DNA from: Phreatobacter sp.
GTDB taxonomy: Bacteria > Pseudomonadota > Alphaproteobacteria > Rhizobiales > Phreatobacteraceae
Direction: 5' to 3'
DNA: 64,000 nt
Assembly (NCBI GenBank): GCA_046295035.1
Contig: JBKBOA010000001.1
Span: 42,018-106,017, forward strand
The position numbers were made by a program, and so were the translations under genes. This document shows, one piece after another, positions 40,188 to 49,060 of the stretch. Each line of letters starts with the position of its first letter. The first letter of the stretch is position 1. Below the pieces are notes generated by a model. That model worked only from the letters and a program-made list of their open reading frames with translations, was not told the origin of the DNA and made no database searches.

Positions 40188-41378
40188 TCACGCGGAAGGA
40201 AGCTGCAGGAGACGCTTGGCGACGATGTCGAGCATCACCTCGCTCGTGCCGCCCTCGATGGAATTGGCCTTGGTGCGCAGCCAGGCGCGCGGCCGCTCGC
40301 CGTCATTGGAGCGGGCCCCCTCCCATTCGAGACCGGACAGGCCGGCGGCCCGCATCATCAGCTCGTAGCGACGCTTGTTGAGCTCCGTGCCGTAATATTT
40401 CAGGACGGCCGACCGGTCGCCGACACCCCGGTTGCCGGAGGCCGCCTCGTCCTTGTAGCGCGCCATGGTCGCGGCAAAGGCGAGCGCGTCCACCTCGGCG
40501 CGGGCCGCATCGGCGCGCAGCAGGGCATGGTCGAGCCGTCCGGCCGCATCGACACCGAGTTCGCTCGCGGCGATCTGGCCGGGCGAGCGGCCGCCGAGCA
40601 GGCCGCCGCCCCCGCCGCCGATCATCTCGCGCTCGTGGGTGAGCAGGTACTTCGCAATGTCCCAGCCACGGTTGAGCGTGCCGACGAGATTGGCCTTCGG
40701 CACCTTCACGCCGTCAAAGAAGGTCTCGCAGAACGGCGACTTGCCGGAAATCAGCAGGATCGGCTTCGTGGACACGCCCGGCCAGGTCATGTCGAACAGC
40801 AGGAACGAGATGCCGAGATGCTTGGGCGCGGCAAAATCCGTCCGCACCAGGCAGAAGATCATGTCGGCCTTGTCGGCATAGCTCGTCCAGATCTTCGAGC
40901 CGGTCACGACGAAATGGTCGCCGGCATCCTCGGCCCGGGTCTGGAGCGAGGCAAGGTCGGAGCCGGCATTGGGCTCCGAATAGCCCTGGCACCAGCGGAT
41001 CTCGCCACGGGCGATCCGCGGCAGATGTTCCCTCTTCTGCTCCTCCGAACCGAAGGCCAGGAGCGCCGGGCCGAGCATCCAGATGCCGAAGCTTTCCAGG
41101 GGCGAGCGGGCGCGGATGCGCGCCATCTCCTCCTTGAGAATGCGGGCCTCCTCGTGCGAGAGGCCGCCGCCGCCATAGTCCTTCGGCCAGCGCGGCACGG
41201 TCCAGCCACGCGCCGCCATGCGCTCCATCCAGACCCTCTGGGCCTCGGACTGGAAGGTAAAGTTGCGGCCACCCCAGCAGATGTCCTCGTCGCCGCGCAC
41301 GGGCGTGCGCATCTCGGGCGGGCAATTGGCTTCGAGCCAGGCGCGGGTTTCCCGCCGGAATGTCTCCAGCGCGTCCAT
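40188..41378 (-). CDS. Acyl-CoA dehydrogenase, probable catalytic (PimC-like) subunit
   Basis: WCQGYSEPNAGSDLASL, GSKIWTS, LTHER, SIEGGTSEV. Confidence 0.93.
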   Translation of the reverse strand: MDALETFRRETRAWLEANCPPEMRTPVRGDEDICWGGRNFTFQSEAQRVWMERMAARGWTVPRWPKDYGGGGLSHEEARILKEEMARIRARSPLESFGIWMLGPALLAFGSEEQKREHLPRIARGEIRWCQGYSEPNAGSDLASLQTRAEDAGDHFVVTGSKIWTSYADKADMIFCLVRTDFAAPKHLGISFLLFDMTWPGVSTKPILLISGKSPFCETFFDGVKVPKANLVGTLNRGWDIAKYLLTHEREMIGGGGGGLLGGRSPGQIAASELGVDAAGRLDHALLRADAARAEVDALAFAATMARYKDEAASGNRGVGDRSAVLKYYGTELNKRRYELMMRAAGLSGLEWEGARSNDGERPRAWLRTKANSIEGGTSEVMLDIVAKRLLQLPSA

Positions 41379-41446
41379 CCGTTTCCTCCCGACCCCGTGA
41401 CCCGGGGATCCGCCGTTTCCATCGTTGACGCCTCCGCCGCAGCGGA

Positions 41447-41466
41447 GACATACTCAAGAGTATGTC
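41447..41466. promoter_or_regulatory. Putative TetR operator overlapping a sigma70-like -10 element
   Basis: Perfect inverted repeat GACATACTC-AA-GAGTATGTC; TTGACG at 41425 and CATACT at 41449 (18-nt spacer) point toward the ligase. Confidence 0.75.
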
Positions 41467-41610
41467 CGCCGGTCCGCGCTTGTCGAGGGCCTGAGGGGCA
41501 GCGGACGAACATTTGTCGCTCCGCCATCCGGCAGATGCCGAAGGGCACGGACCGACCGGAACCAACAGCAGGGCACCGCCCGAACGGTGACCGCGAGGGA
41601 GGAGACCGCG

Positions 41611-43251
41611 ATGCTGCGCGGACTGATGATGGACACGCCGCTGAACATCTCGGCGGCGATCGAATATGGCGCCGAGATGCACCCCGACGCGCGCATCGTG
41701 TCGGCCACCATCGAGGGCGGGCTGCACCGCACGACCTTCGCCGAGACGCTGCCGCGCGTCTGCCAGCTCGCCCATGCGCTGAGGGCGCTGGGGGTGCGGG
41801 AAGGCGACCGGGTCGCGACGCTCGCCTGGAACGGCTACCGGCACTTCGAGCTCTACTATGCCATCGGCGGCATCGGCGCGGTCTGCCACACGATCAATCC
41901 CCGCCTGTTTCCCGAACAGCTCGTCTACATCGTCAATCATGCCCGGGACCGGGTGCTGTTCTTCGACATCAACCTCGCCCCGCTGGTGGCGAAGATGCGC
42001 GCCCACTGGCCGCAGGACATGATCTATGTGGCCATGTGCGACCGGGCGCACCTGCCGACCGGGGAGGGCCTCGATGGCCTGCTGGCCTATGAGGATCTGC
42101 TGGCCGGTCAGCCTGCCTCCTACGCCTGGCCGCGGATCGACGAGAACGCCGCCGTCTCGCTCTGCTACACCTCGGGGACGACGGGAGAGCCCAAGGGCGC
42201 GCTCTATTCGCATCGCTCGGTCATGCTGCATGCCCTGTTCACGCTCACCTCGGGCATGCCGGGGCTGACGACGGGCCGCACCATCCTGCCGGTCGTGCCG
42301 CTGTTCCATGTCAACGCCTGGGGCCTGCCCTATACGGCCCCCATCGTGGGGCTCAATCTCGTCATGCCCGGCGTGAAGCTGGATGGTCCGAATCTCTACG
42401 ATCTCCTGGAATCGCAACAGGTGTTCTCATCCTGGGGCGTTCCGACCGTGTGGATGGGGCTGCTTCAGGAGATCCAGAAGCGGGGCCGCAAGCCCTCGGC
42501 GCTGGGCGAGGTAATCATCGGCGGTTCGGCGGCGCCGCGCGCCATGATCGAGGCCTTCGAGCAGATGGAGGTCGGCGTCGTCCACGGCTGGGGCATGACC
42601 GAGATGAGCCCGGTCGGCACGCTCGGCGTGCTTGCCATGAAGGATCGCGGCCGGCCGCTGCAGGAGCGCATCGACCTGAAGGCCCGCCAGGGACGGCGGA
42701 TGTTCGGTGTCGAGTTGAAGATCGTCGACGAGGCCGGCAACCGCCTGCCACATGATGGCGAGGCCTCGGGCGAACTGTTCGTGCGAGGGCCGGGAATCAT
42801 TTCCGGCTATTACGAGAACCCAGAGGCGAGCGCCAAGGCCTTCGATGCCGAGGGCTGGTTCGGGACCGGCGACGTGGCCAAGATCACGCCGGACGGCTAT
42901 CTCATCATCGTCGACCGGACCAAGGATCTGGTGAAATCCGGCGGCGAGTGGATCTCCTCCATCGATGTGGAGAACGCCGCGCTCGCCCATCCCGGCATTG
43001 CCGCCTGCGCTGTGATCGGCATTCCGCATCCGAAATGGCAGGAGCGGCCGCTGATGGTGGCCGTCAAGGCGGCCGGGGCCGATCCGAAGAAGGAGGAGAT
43101 CCTGGCGACGCTGGAGAAGGCCATCGCCCGCTGGCAACTGCCCGATGACATCGTGTTCGTCGACCAGCTGCCGCTGACGGCCACCGGCAAGGTGTCGAAG
43201 CTGACCCTGCGCAAGCAGTTCGCCGATCATCCGCTGCCGGATGGGCCCTGA
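41611..43251 (+). CDS. Acyl-CoA ligase (AlkK/DmdB-like)
   Basis: YTSGTTGEPKG, PLFHVNAWG, GWGMTE, TGDV, DRTKDLVKSGGEWISS, TGKVSK; GGAGGAG RBS. Confidence 0.94.
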   Translation: MLRGLMMDTPLNISAAIEYGAEMHPDARIVSATIEGGLHRTTFAETLPRVCQLAHALRALGVREGDRVATLAWNGYRHFELYYAIGGIGAVCHTINPRLFPEQLVYIVNHARDRVLFFDINLAPLVAKMRAHWPQDMIYVAMCDRAHLPTGEGLDGLLAYEDLLAGQPASYAWPRIDENAAVSLCYTSGTTGEPKGALYSHRSVMLHALFTLTSGMPGLTTGRTILPVVPLFHVNAWGLPYTAPIVGLNLVMPGVKLDGPNLYDLLESQQVFSSWGVPTVWMGLLQEIQKRGRKPSALGEVIIGGSAAPRAMIEAFEQMEVGVVHGWGMTEMSPVGTLGVLAMKDRGRPLQERIDLKARQGRRMFGVELKIVDEAGNRLPHDGEASGELFVRGPGIISGYYENPEASAKAFDAEGWFGTGDVAKITPDGYLIIVDRTKDLVKSGGEWISSIDVENAALAHPGIAACAVIGIPHPKWQERPLMVAVKAAGADPKKEEILATLEKAIARWQLPDDIVFVDQLPLTATGKVSKLTLRKQFADHPLPDGP

Positions 43252-43252
43252 C

Positions 43253-43885
43253 ATGACGATGACGGCTTCGCCGGAGGCGGCCCTGACCGACCGCCGCGAG
43301 GAGGTGCTTGCAGCGGCCGCCGAATGCTTCATGCGCCAGGGCTACGAGACGACGTCCATGGACGACGTCGCCGAGGCTCTGGGGGCGACCAAGGGGCGCG
43401 TCTATCATCATTTCCGCTCGAAGCCCGAACTGTTCTTCGAGGTGTTCCGACGCGCCATCGCCATTCTGATGCGGGAGGCGGCGGCCCACGAGAAGGGCCC
43501 CGGCACGGCCGCCGAGCGCCTGGCCCGCATGGCGCGGGCCCATGTGCTGTGCATGATGGAAAGCCAGACCTTCCAGCGCAGCCTGACCCTCGGCGTTGAC
43601 CTCTACCGCTTCGGCAAGGCCGGCGAGGAGCACCGGGCGACGCTGGAGGATCTGATGGATCTGCGGCGCGGCTACGAGGATTCCTTCCGCCGCATCTTCG
43701 CGGCGGGGCAGGCCGACGGATCCCTCAAGCCGCTCGATCCGTCGCTGGCCATGCGGACCCTCCTCGGCGCGATCAACTGGGTCGCGATCTGGTACTCGCC
43801 GCGCGACGGCGAGACGCGCGCCCATCGCGAGCGCCTGGCGGAGGAGATCGTCGAACAGGTGCTCGGCGGCTACCGCGCGGCGTGA
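43253..43885 (+). CDS. TetR-family regulator (KstR2/PaaR-like C-domain)
   Basis: GYETTSMDDVAEALGATKGRVYHHFRSKPEL; INWVAIWYSP; coupled to the ligase stop. Confidence 0.92.
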   Translation: MTMTASPEAALTDRREEVLAAAAECFMRQGYETTSMDDVAEALGATKGRVYHHFRSKPELFFEVFRRAIAILMREAAAHEKGPGTAAERLARMARAHVLCMMESQTFQRSLTLGVDLYRFGKAGEEHRATLEDLMDLRRGYEDSFRRIFAAGQADGSLKPLDPSLAMRTLLGAINWVAIWYSPRDGETRAHRERLAEEIVEQVLGGYRAA

Positions 43886-43935
43886 TGCGCCGCCGGCCAT
43901 CCGGCCCCGCCCGCGGGTGTCTGCGAGCGGTTGTC

Positions 43936-43960
43936 AGAACCGCGAATCACCATCACCGTT
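43936..43960 (+). promoter_or_regulatory. Possible EcfG (general stress) promoter
   Basis: AGAAC-N16-CGTT vs consensus GGAAC-N16/17-CGTT, 37 bp before the YegP-like ATG. Confidence 0.4.
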
Positions 43961-43997
43961 CACGAGGCTGCCGGAAGGGCAGCTCGTGGAGAGGCTC

Positions 43998-44174
43998 ATG
44001 TACAAATTCGAGGTCTACAAGGACAAGGCCGGCGAGTTCCGGTTCCGCTTCAAGGCGCCGAACGGCGAGATCATGTTCGGCTCGGAAGGCTACAAGGCCA
44101 AGGCCTCTGCCAAGAGCGCCATCGAGTCCATCAAGAAGAACGCCGCGGGCGCGGCCGTCGAGGACAAGGACTAG
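43998..44174 (+). CDS. YegP/DUF1508 family protein (single domain)
   Basis: FEVYKDKAGEFRFRFKAPNGEI..SEGY...AIESIKKNA; GGAGAGG RBS. Confidence 0.9.
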   Translation: MYKFEVYKDKAGEFRFRFKAPNGEIMFGSEGYKAKASAKSAIESIKKNAAGAAVEDKD

Positions 44175-44222
44175 GACGAGCGCGGGCCGGCGCTGGACGA
44201 GGGCCGGCCCGCATCGTGCGGC

Positions 44223-44630
44223 CTACTGGCTGCGCTGGCCCTCGGCGTTGAACTGCTTGAGATAGGCGGTCAGGTCGGCGATCTGCTTGTCGCTGCGCAG
44301 GCCCTGGAACACCATGCGCGTGCCCGGCGTGACCGCCCGCGGATCGCGGATATAGGTCGCGAAGTTCTCCTCGCTCCAGACCTTGTTGGCGACTTCCGGC
44401 CGCTGGTAGGCGGGCGAGTAGTTGAAGCCCTGGACGGAACCGGCCTTGCGTCCGAACAGGCCGTTGAGCTGCGGGCCGACCGTGTTGCGCGCGGTCGGGC
44501 CGACCTGATGACAGGCGCGGCATTGGGCGAAGATGCGCTCGCCGGCGGCGGGATCGCCCTCGGCCAGGGCCGGCGTGAGGGCTTGAACGGACAGGGTCGC
44601 CAGGACGGCGGCGGCGATGGCGATGCGCAT
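44223..44630 (-). CDS. Class I cytochrome c (c2/SoxE-like), monoheme
   Basis: Signal peptide, GDPAAGE, CRACH, GPQLNG, PGTRM. Confidence 0.92.
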   Translation of the reverse strand: MRIAIAAAVLATLSVQALTPALAEGDPAAGERIFAQCRACHQVGPTARNTVGPQLNGLFGRKAGSVQGFNYSPAYQRPEVANKVWSEENFATYIRDPRAVTPGTRMVFQGLRSDKQIADLTAYLKQFNAEGQRSQ

Positions 44631-44791
44631 GGTTGGTCCTTCGGTCTCCGTGTCAGCCGGCCTCCCGGCGGGGGCCGGCCTCGTCGCGACGGGCACGATG
44701 CCCGTCGTCGTGGATGAGCGAACGGCTGCCCCGGGCAGGGCCGTTCAGGATGGGCAGACAGGGCCGGCGCGGGCGCCTGCCTGCCAAGGGG

Positions 44792-46066
44792 TCAGGTGAA
44801 CATGTCGGCGATGATGCCGGCATACCAGCCCATGTTCTCCTCCTGCGTCTGCTTGCGCAGTTCGGCCGATTCGCCGGTCTTGGAGATGAAGGTCTCCACC
44901 GCCGTGATCTTGCCGTCCTTGGCCTCGTAGCGGCCGCCGACCTTCACGGTATCGTCGGTCTCGATGAGGCTCCAGCAGGTGTTGGCATAGCGCGCCGGGA
45001 AGGTGCGTGCATTGGCCAGCTCGCCGCGGATCATCAGGGCCGCCACCTTGGCCTGGCTGTTGGCCGAGAAGCCCGATTTCGGCATGTCGCCGGCAATGGT
45101 CGAATCGCCGAGGAGATAGATGTTCGGATCGCTGGCCGACTTCATGTTGGTCGGGTCGATCGGGCAGAAGCCGGAGGCATTGGCAAGGCCGGCCTCGCGC
45201 GCGATGGCGCCGGCCATCTGCGCCGGGATGACATTGACCAGCGCGGCATTGGCATAGGTCTCGAAGCCGGTGACCACCGTGTTGGTCTTCGGGTCCACCG
45301 ACTTGATGCCGTCATGGATCTTCGGGCCGATCCACTCCACCATGCCCGGATAGTGCTTCTCCCAGCCCTCCTGGAACAGAGCCTGCTTGGAGAAGTTCTC
45401 CTTGGGGTCCAGCACCACGATCTTGGAGCGGGTCCGGCCGGTGCGCTTGAGCACATGCGCCATCATGGACACGCGCTCATAGGGCCCCGGCGGGCAGCGA
45501 TAGGGGTTGGGCGGAGCGATCATGACGATCACGCCACCGTCCGGCACGGCGTCGAGCCGGGCCTTGAGCAGCTGGGTCTGGGGACCGGCACGCCAGGCGT
45601 GCGGCATGGTCTCCTCATGCTCGCGGCCCCAGCCGGGCACCGAATCATATTTCAGGTCGATGCCGGGGGCGAGCACCAGCCGCTCGTAGCCCAGGCGCGA
45701 GCCGTCGGCGAGCAGGACCTCCTTCTTTTCGCGGTCGACCCGGCTTGCCATCTGATGGTTCATCCGGAAGCCGTTGGCCGAGGACACGCGCTCATAGCTG
45801 TGCGTGATCGACTCGAAGGACCGGAAGCCACCGAGATAGAGATTGGAGTGGAAGCAGGTGGTGAACTGGCGCTGCGGCTCGACCAGAACCACGTCGATGG
45901 CGCCCGCACTGTCCCTGGCGATGTATTTTGCGGCCGTGACCCCGCCCGGCCCACCGCCGACCACCACCACCCGGGGCTTGGCCTGGCCGAGCACGGCGGG
46001 TGCGAAGAGGCCCGTCGAGGCGAGCGCCGTGGCACCGGCGAAAAACTGTCTGCGATCCATTCTCAT
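44792..46066 (-). CDS. soxF: Flavocytochrome c sulfide dehydrogenase flavoprotein
   Basis: Tat DRRQFF; GGGPGG; PYRCPPGPYER; MPKSGFSANSQAK; NTCWS. Confidence 0.92.
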   Translation of the reverse strand: MRMDRRQFFAGATALASTGLFAPAVLGQAKPRVVVVGGGPGGVTAAKYIARDSAGAIDVVLVEPQRQFTTCFHSNLYLGGFRSFESITHSYERVSSANGFRMNHQMASRVDREKKEVLLADGSRLGYERLVLAPGIDLKYDSVPGWGREHEETMPHAWRAGPQTQLLKARLDAVPDGGVIVMIAPPNPYRCPPGPYERVSMMAHVLKRTGRTRSKIVVLDPKENFSKQALFQEGWEKHYPGMVEWIGPKIHDGIKSVDPKTNTVVTGFETYANAALVNVIPAQMAGAIAREAGLANASGFCPIDPTNMKSASDPNIYLLGDSTIAGDMPKSGFSANSQAKVAALMIRGELANARTFPARYANTCWSLIETDDTVKVGGRYEAKDGKITAVETFISKTGESAELRKQTQEENMGWYAGIIADMFT

Positions 46067-46121
46067 GGCCTTGCTCCTCCCAAGTCCTGATTGCTGTCCA
46101 GTGGGCCCGTTCCGGCCCTTG

Positions 46122-46637
46122 TCATCCGACCTTCAGGTAGGCGAACCCCTTCGACTGGAGCGCGGCCACCGTGGCGACGCCTGACGGCACGAAGGCAATG
46201 AAGTCTGCACGACGAACCTTGCTGCGGTCGAGATTCAACCGCTGGAAGGTGATGTCGCACAGATAGACCTTCAGACCGTTCTTGGCCTGGGCGAGCACCC
46301 GCTCGAAGATCTGCGGAACCATTGCTTCGTCGCGCCAGCTGGTGCCCTCCAGGCTCTCGAGGAAGAACTTGACCCCGGCGCCATGGGCCACGATGGCCAG
46401 CTGCAGCGCGAAGGGATCGGCGCCATGGGCCGAATAATGGTTGCCGATATTCGTCATCATCTGGACGAAACGCGGCGGATCACCGAAGTCGCAGTGATAG
46501 AGGCAGGCGGTGTCCGCCTCCTTCTTCAGGTCCGCCAGCTGCAGCATCGGCGTGGCAGCGGCCGGCGCAGCCGATGCGGCAACGGCAGAGGCCATGACGG
46601 CGCCTCCGATCAGGAGCCTGCGGTCGATGTCGGTCAT
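46122..46637 (-). CDS. Tat-exported DsrE-family protein
   Basis: DRRLLIGG signal; IVAHGAG, VYLCDIT, FVPSGVATVAALQSKGFAYLK. Confidence 0.85.
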   Translation of the reverse strand: MTDIDRRLLIGGAVMASAVAASAAPAAATPMLQLADLKKEADTACLYHCDFGDPPRFVQMMTNIGNHYSAHGADPFALQLAIVAHGAGVKFFLESLEGTSWRDEAMVPQIFERVLAQAKNGLKVYLCDITFQRLNLDRSKVRRADFIAFVPSGVATVAALQSKGFAYLKVG

Positions 46638-46679
46638 GGCGTCCTCCCGTTTTCAGGCCGATGACGGCCGATCCTGCCA

Positions 46680-47015
46680 TCAGTTCTGGGGGCGAAGGCT
46701 TCCAAAATAGGCGGCGAGCGCAGCAATTTCTTCTTCGGAGAGCCGCGCGGCCATGGTCTGCATCACCTGGTTCTCCCGCTCGCGGCGCTTGTAGCTGTTC
46801 ATCATGGCCACGAAGGCGTCCTCGGGCAGGCCGACGATGGCAGGGATGCCGGCCGTCTGCCGGCCACTCACCTGGTGGCAGGTGACGCATTCCGAGGACA
46901 GATATTCGCCCAGCGCGCGGTCGCCCGAGCGGGCGGCCGCGGGAAAGGCCAGGACGAGGCAGGCGACAAGGGAACAGAGGGGGCCCGCAGCGGGGGAGCG
47001 GGGGCGCGTCGTCAT
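46680..47015 (-). CDS. Small monoheme cytochrome c (c553/FccA-like)
   Basis: Signal peptide, ECVTCH, IPAIVG, RENQVM; start overlaps the soxD stop (ATGA). Confidence 0.88.
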   Translation of the reverse strand: MTTRPRSPAAGPLCSLVACLVLAFPAAARSGDRALGEYLSSECVTCHQVSGRQTAGIPAIVGLPEDAFVAMMNSYKRRERENQVMQTMAARLSEEEIAALAAYFGSLRPQN

Positions 47016-47749
47016 TCGATCCTCGGTCCGGTTGATCCCTCCGGCGTGACGTCGAGAATGCGGGCGCGGCCGGTGACACGGGCCGGGGTCTGCCGGCAAT
47101 TGGTCATGCAAGGCTCCCGTCCCCAGAACTGGCGCTCGGACGTCTCGCGGTCGTCGTCGAAGAAGCCCTGGTCGTTCGGCAGGCGGACGGAGGTGAAGTT
47201 CTCCCGCGTCAGCTCGAACGTGTCCGGGACCACATCGTTGAGGTACAGAAGATAGGCGGTCAGCGCATAGACGTCATCATCCGACAGCGAGCGGGCATTG
47301 CCATAGGGCATGGCGCGCCGGACATAGTCGAAGACCGTCGATAGATAGGGCCAGAACGAGCCGATGGTCTTCTCGGGGCCCTCGCTGGCGAGCGTCCCGC
47401 GGCCGCCGGCCAGCACCGGCCAGCGGCCGGCGCCCTCGCCGAACTCGCCGTGACAGGACGCGCACTGCGCCTGATAGACCTCCTCGCCATGCTTGACCGT
47501 GCCGCGACCGGGAGGAAGCCCCTGCCCGTCCGGGCGGATGGCGATCGACCAGGCCGCGACCTCGTCGGGATGCGCCAGGCGGCCGAGCCCGGTGCGGGCC
47601 GCCGGAGCGGCGGCGGGAGCAGCCGCCGCCGGGGCGGCCGAGGGGGCAGCGGGTTGCTGGGCCGAGGCGGGTCCGAGCCGGGCGAAGCCCGCCGCGGCGA
47701 GCACGACGCCGGCCAGGGCTGCGGCGAGCGCTTTAGCCGATCTCGACAT
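47012..47749 (-). CDS. soxD: Sulfane dehydrogenase cytochrome subunit (monoheme)
   Basis: PDGQGLPPGRG, CASCHG, KTIGSFWPY, RRAMP, CMTNC; start overlaps the soxC end. Confidence 0.93.
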   Translation of the reverse strand: MSRSAKALAAALAGVVLAAAGFARLGPASAQQPAAPSAAPAAAAPAAAPAARTGLGRLAHPDEVAAWSIAIRPDGQGLPPGRGTVKHGEEVYQAQCASCHGEFGEGAGRWPVLAGGRGTLASEGPEKTIGSFWPYLSTVFDYVRRAMPYGNARSLSDDDVYALTAYLLYLNDVVPDTFELTRENFTSVRLPNDQGFFDDDRETSERQFWGREPCMTNCRQTPARVTGRARILDVTPEGSTGPRIE

Positions 47750-49034
47750 TCTCGGTCTCCCCGTTGGGACGCACCAGCCAGGTCTGGATGCCGTTGTTGT
47801 GGTAGATGGAGTTGACGCCGCGCACCTTCCTGAGCTCGTCCTTGGTCGGCTGGACATAGCCGGTCTCGTCAATGGCCCGCGACTGGATCATGAGCTCCTG
47901 CCCGTTCCAGTCGAAGTCGACATAGAAGCGCGTCAGCGACAGCGGCAGAACCGGTCCGTCGATCCGGGCGGTGCGCCAGTTGTTGCCCCCGTCGAGCGAG
48001 ACGTCGACGCGCCGGATCCGGCCACGGCCCGACCAGGCAAGGCCGGTCAGCACGTTCGGCCCTCGATGCTTGAGCGGGGCCTGCGGCGAGGGATTGGTCA
48101 CCACCGACTTGGCGTCCATGATGAAGGTGAAGCGACGCGAGCGGCCATCCGCCAGGAGGTCGGTATATTTCGACGTCTCCTCCCGGTGATGCCAGGGCTG
48201 GTCGCCGACCTCGATGCGGCGCAGCCACTTGACCCACATGTTGCCTTCCCAGCCAGGCACCACGAGGCGCAGGGGATAGCCCTGCTCGGGCCTGAGCATC
48301 TCACCGTTCATGCCCCAGACCACGAGGCAGTCCTTCAGCGCCTTGTCGAGCGGGATGGAGCGGGTCATGGCGGAGGCGTCCGCCCCTTCGGCCAGCAGCC
48401 AGCGGGCGTTGGTCTTCACGCCGGCCTCGTCGAGCAGGGTCTTCAGCGGGATGCCCGTGTACCAGACATTGTGGACCATGCCATGCGTGAACTGGCAGCC
48501 GTTGAGCTGGGCACCACGCCATTCCATGCCGGAATTGGCCGCGCATTCGAGGAAATAGGCATGGTTCTGCCGGCCGGGGAAGCGCTTCAGATCCTCGACG
48601 GTGAAGACCATCGGCCGATCGACGAGGCCGTTGATCATCAGTCGGTGCTTGGCGGGGTCGATCTCGGCAATGCCGGCATGGTGGCGCTCGAAGCACAGGC
48701 CGGAGGGCGTGATGATGCCGTCGAGCTCGTGCAGGGGCGTGAAGTTCACCGAGGATTCGCGGCTGGCGGTCAGCCATTCCACGTCGCGCCGGATGACATG
48801 CTTCTCGAACTGGGAGGGCTTGCCGTAGGGGCGCGCCTGCACGCCGTCGCCGAGATAGCGGTTCCAATCCTGGATCTCGGTGATCACGGGATCGGGTGCG
48901 GATGGCGCCGGGGCCGCCCGGGCGCCGGCCGTCCCCGCAGCGAGGGCCGCGGTGCCGATGGCGGTTCCGGTCAGGAAGCCACGCCTGTCGAGGCGGGCGA
49001 CGGTGTCAGTGGGGGACCTGTCCCTGTCGTTCAT
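47733..49034 (-). CDS. soxC: Sulfane dehydrogenase molybdoprotein subunit
   Basis: Tat DRRGFL; FERHHAG; ECAAN; EQGYPLRL..PGWEGN; LAWSGRG. Confidence 0.96.
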   Translation of the reverse strand: MNDRDRSPTDTVARLDRRGFLTGTAIGTAALAAGTAGARAAPAPSAPDPVITEIQDWNRYLGDGVQARPYGKPSQFEKHVIRRDVEWLTASRESSVNFTPLHELDGIITPSGLCFERHHAGIAEIDPAKHRLMINGLVDRPMVFTVEDLKRFPGRQNHAYFLECAANSGMEWRGAQLNGCQFTHGMVHNVWYTGIPLKTLLDEAGVKTNARWLLAEGADASAMTRSIPLDKALKDCLVVWGMNGEMLRPEQGYPLRLVVPGWEGNMWVKWLRRIEVGDQPWHHREETSKYTDLLADGRSRRFTFIMDAKSVVTNPSPQAPLKHRGPNVLTGLAWSGRGRIRRVDVSLDGGNNWRTARIDGPVLPLSLTRFYVDFDWNGQELMIQSRAIDETGYVQPTKDELRKVRGVNSIYHNNGIQTWLVRPNGETENVEIG

Positions 49035-49060
49035 GGCAGCCTCTTGCCTCAAGTCTTCGC

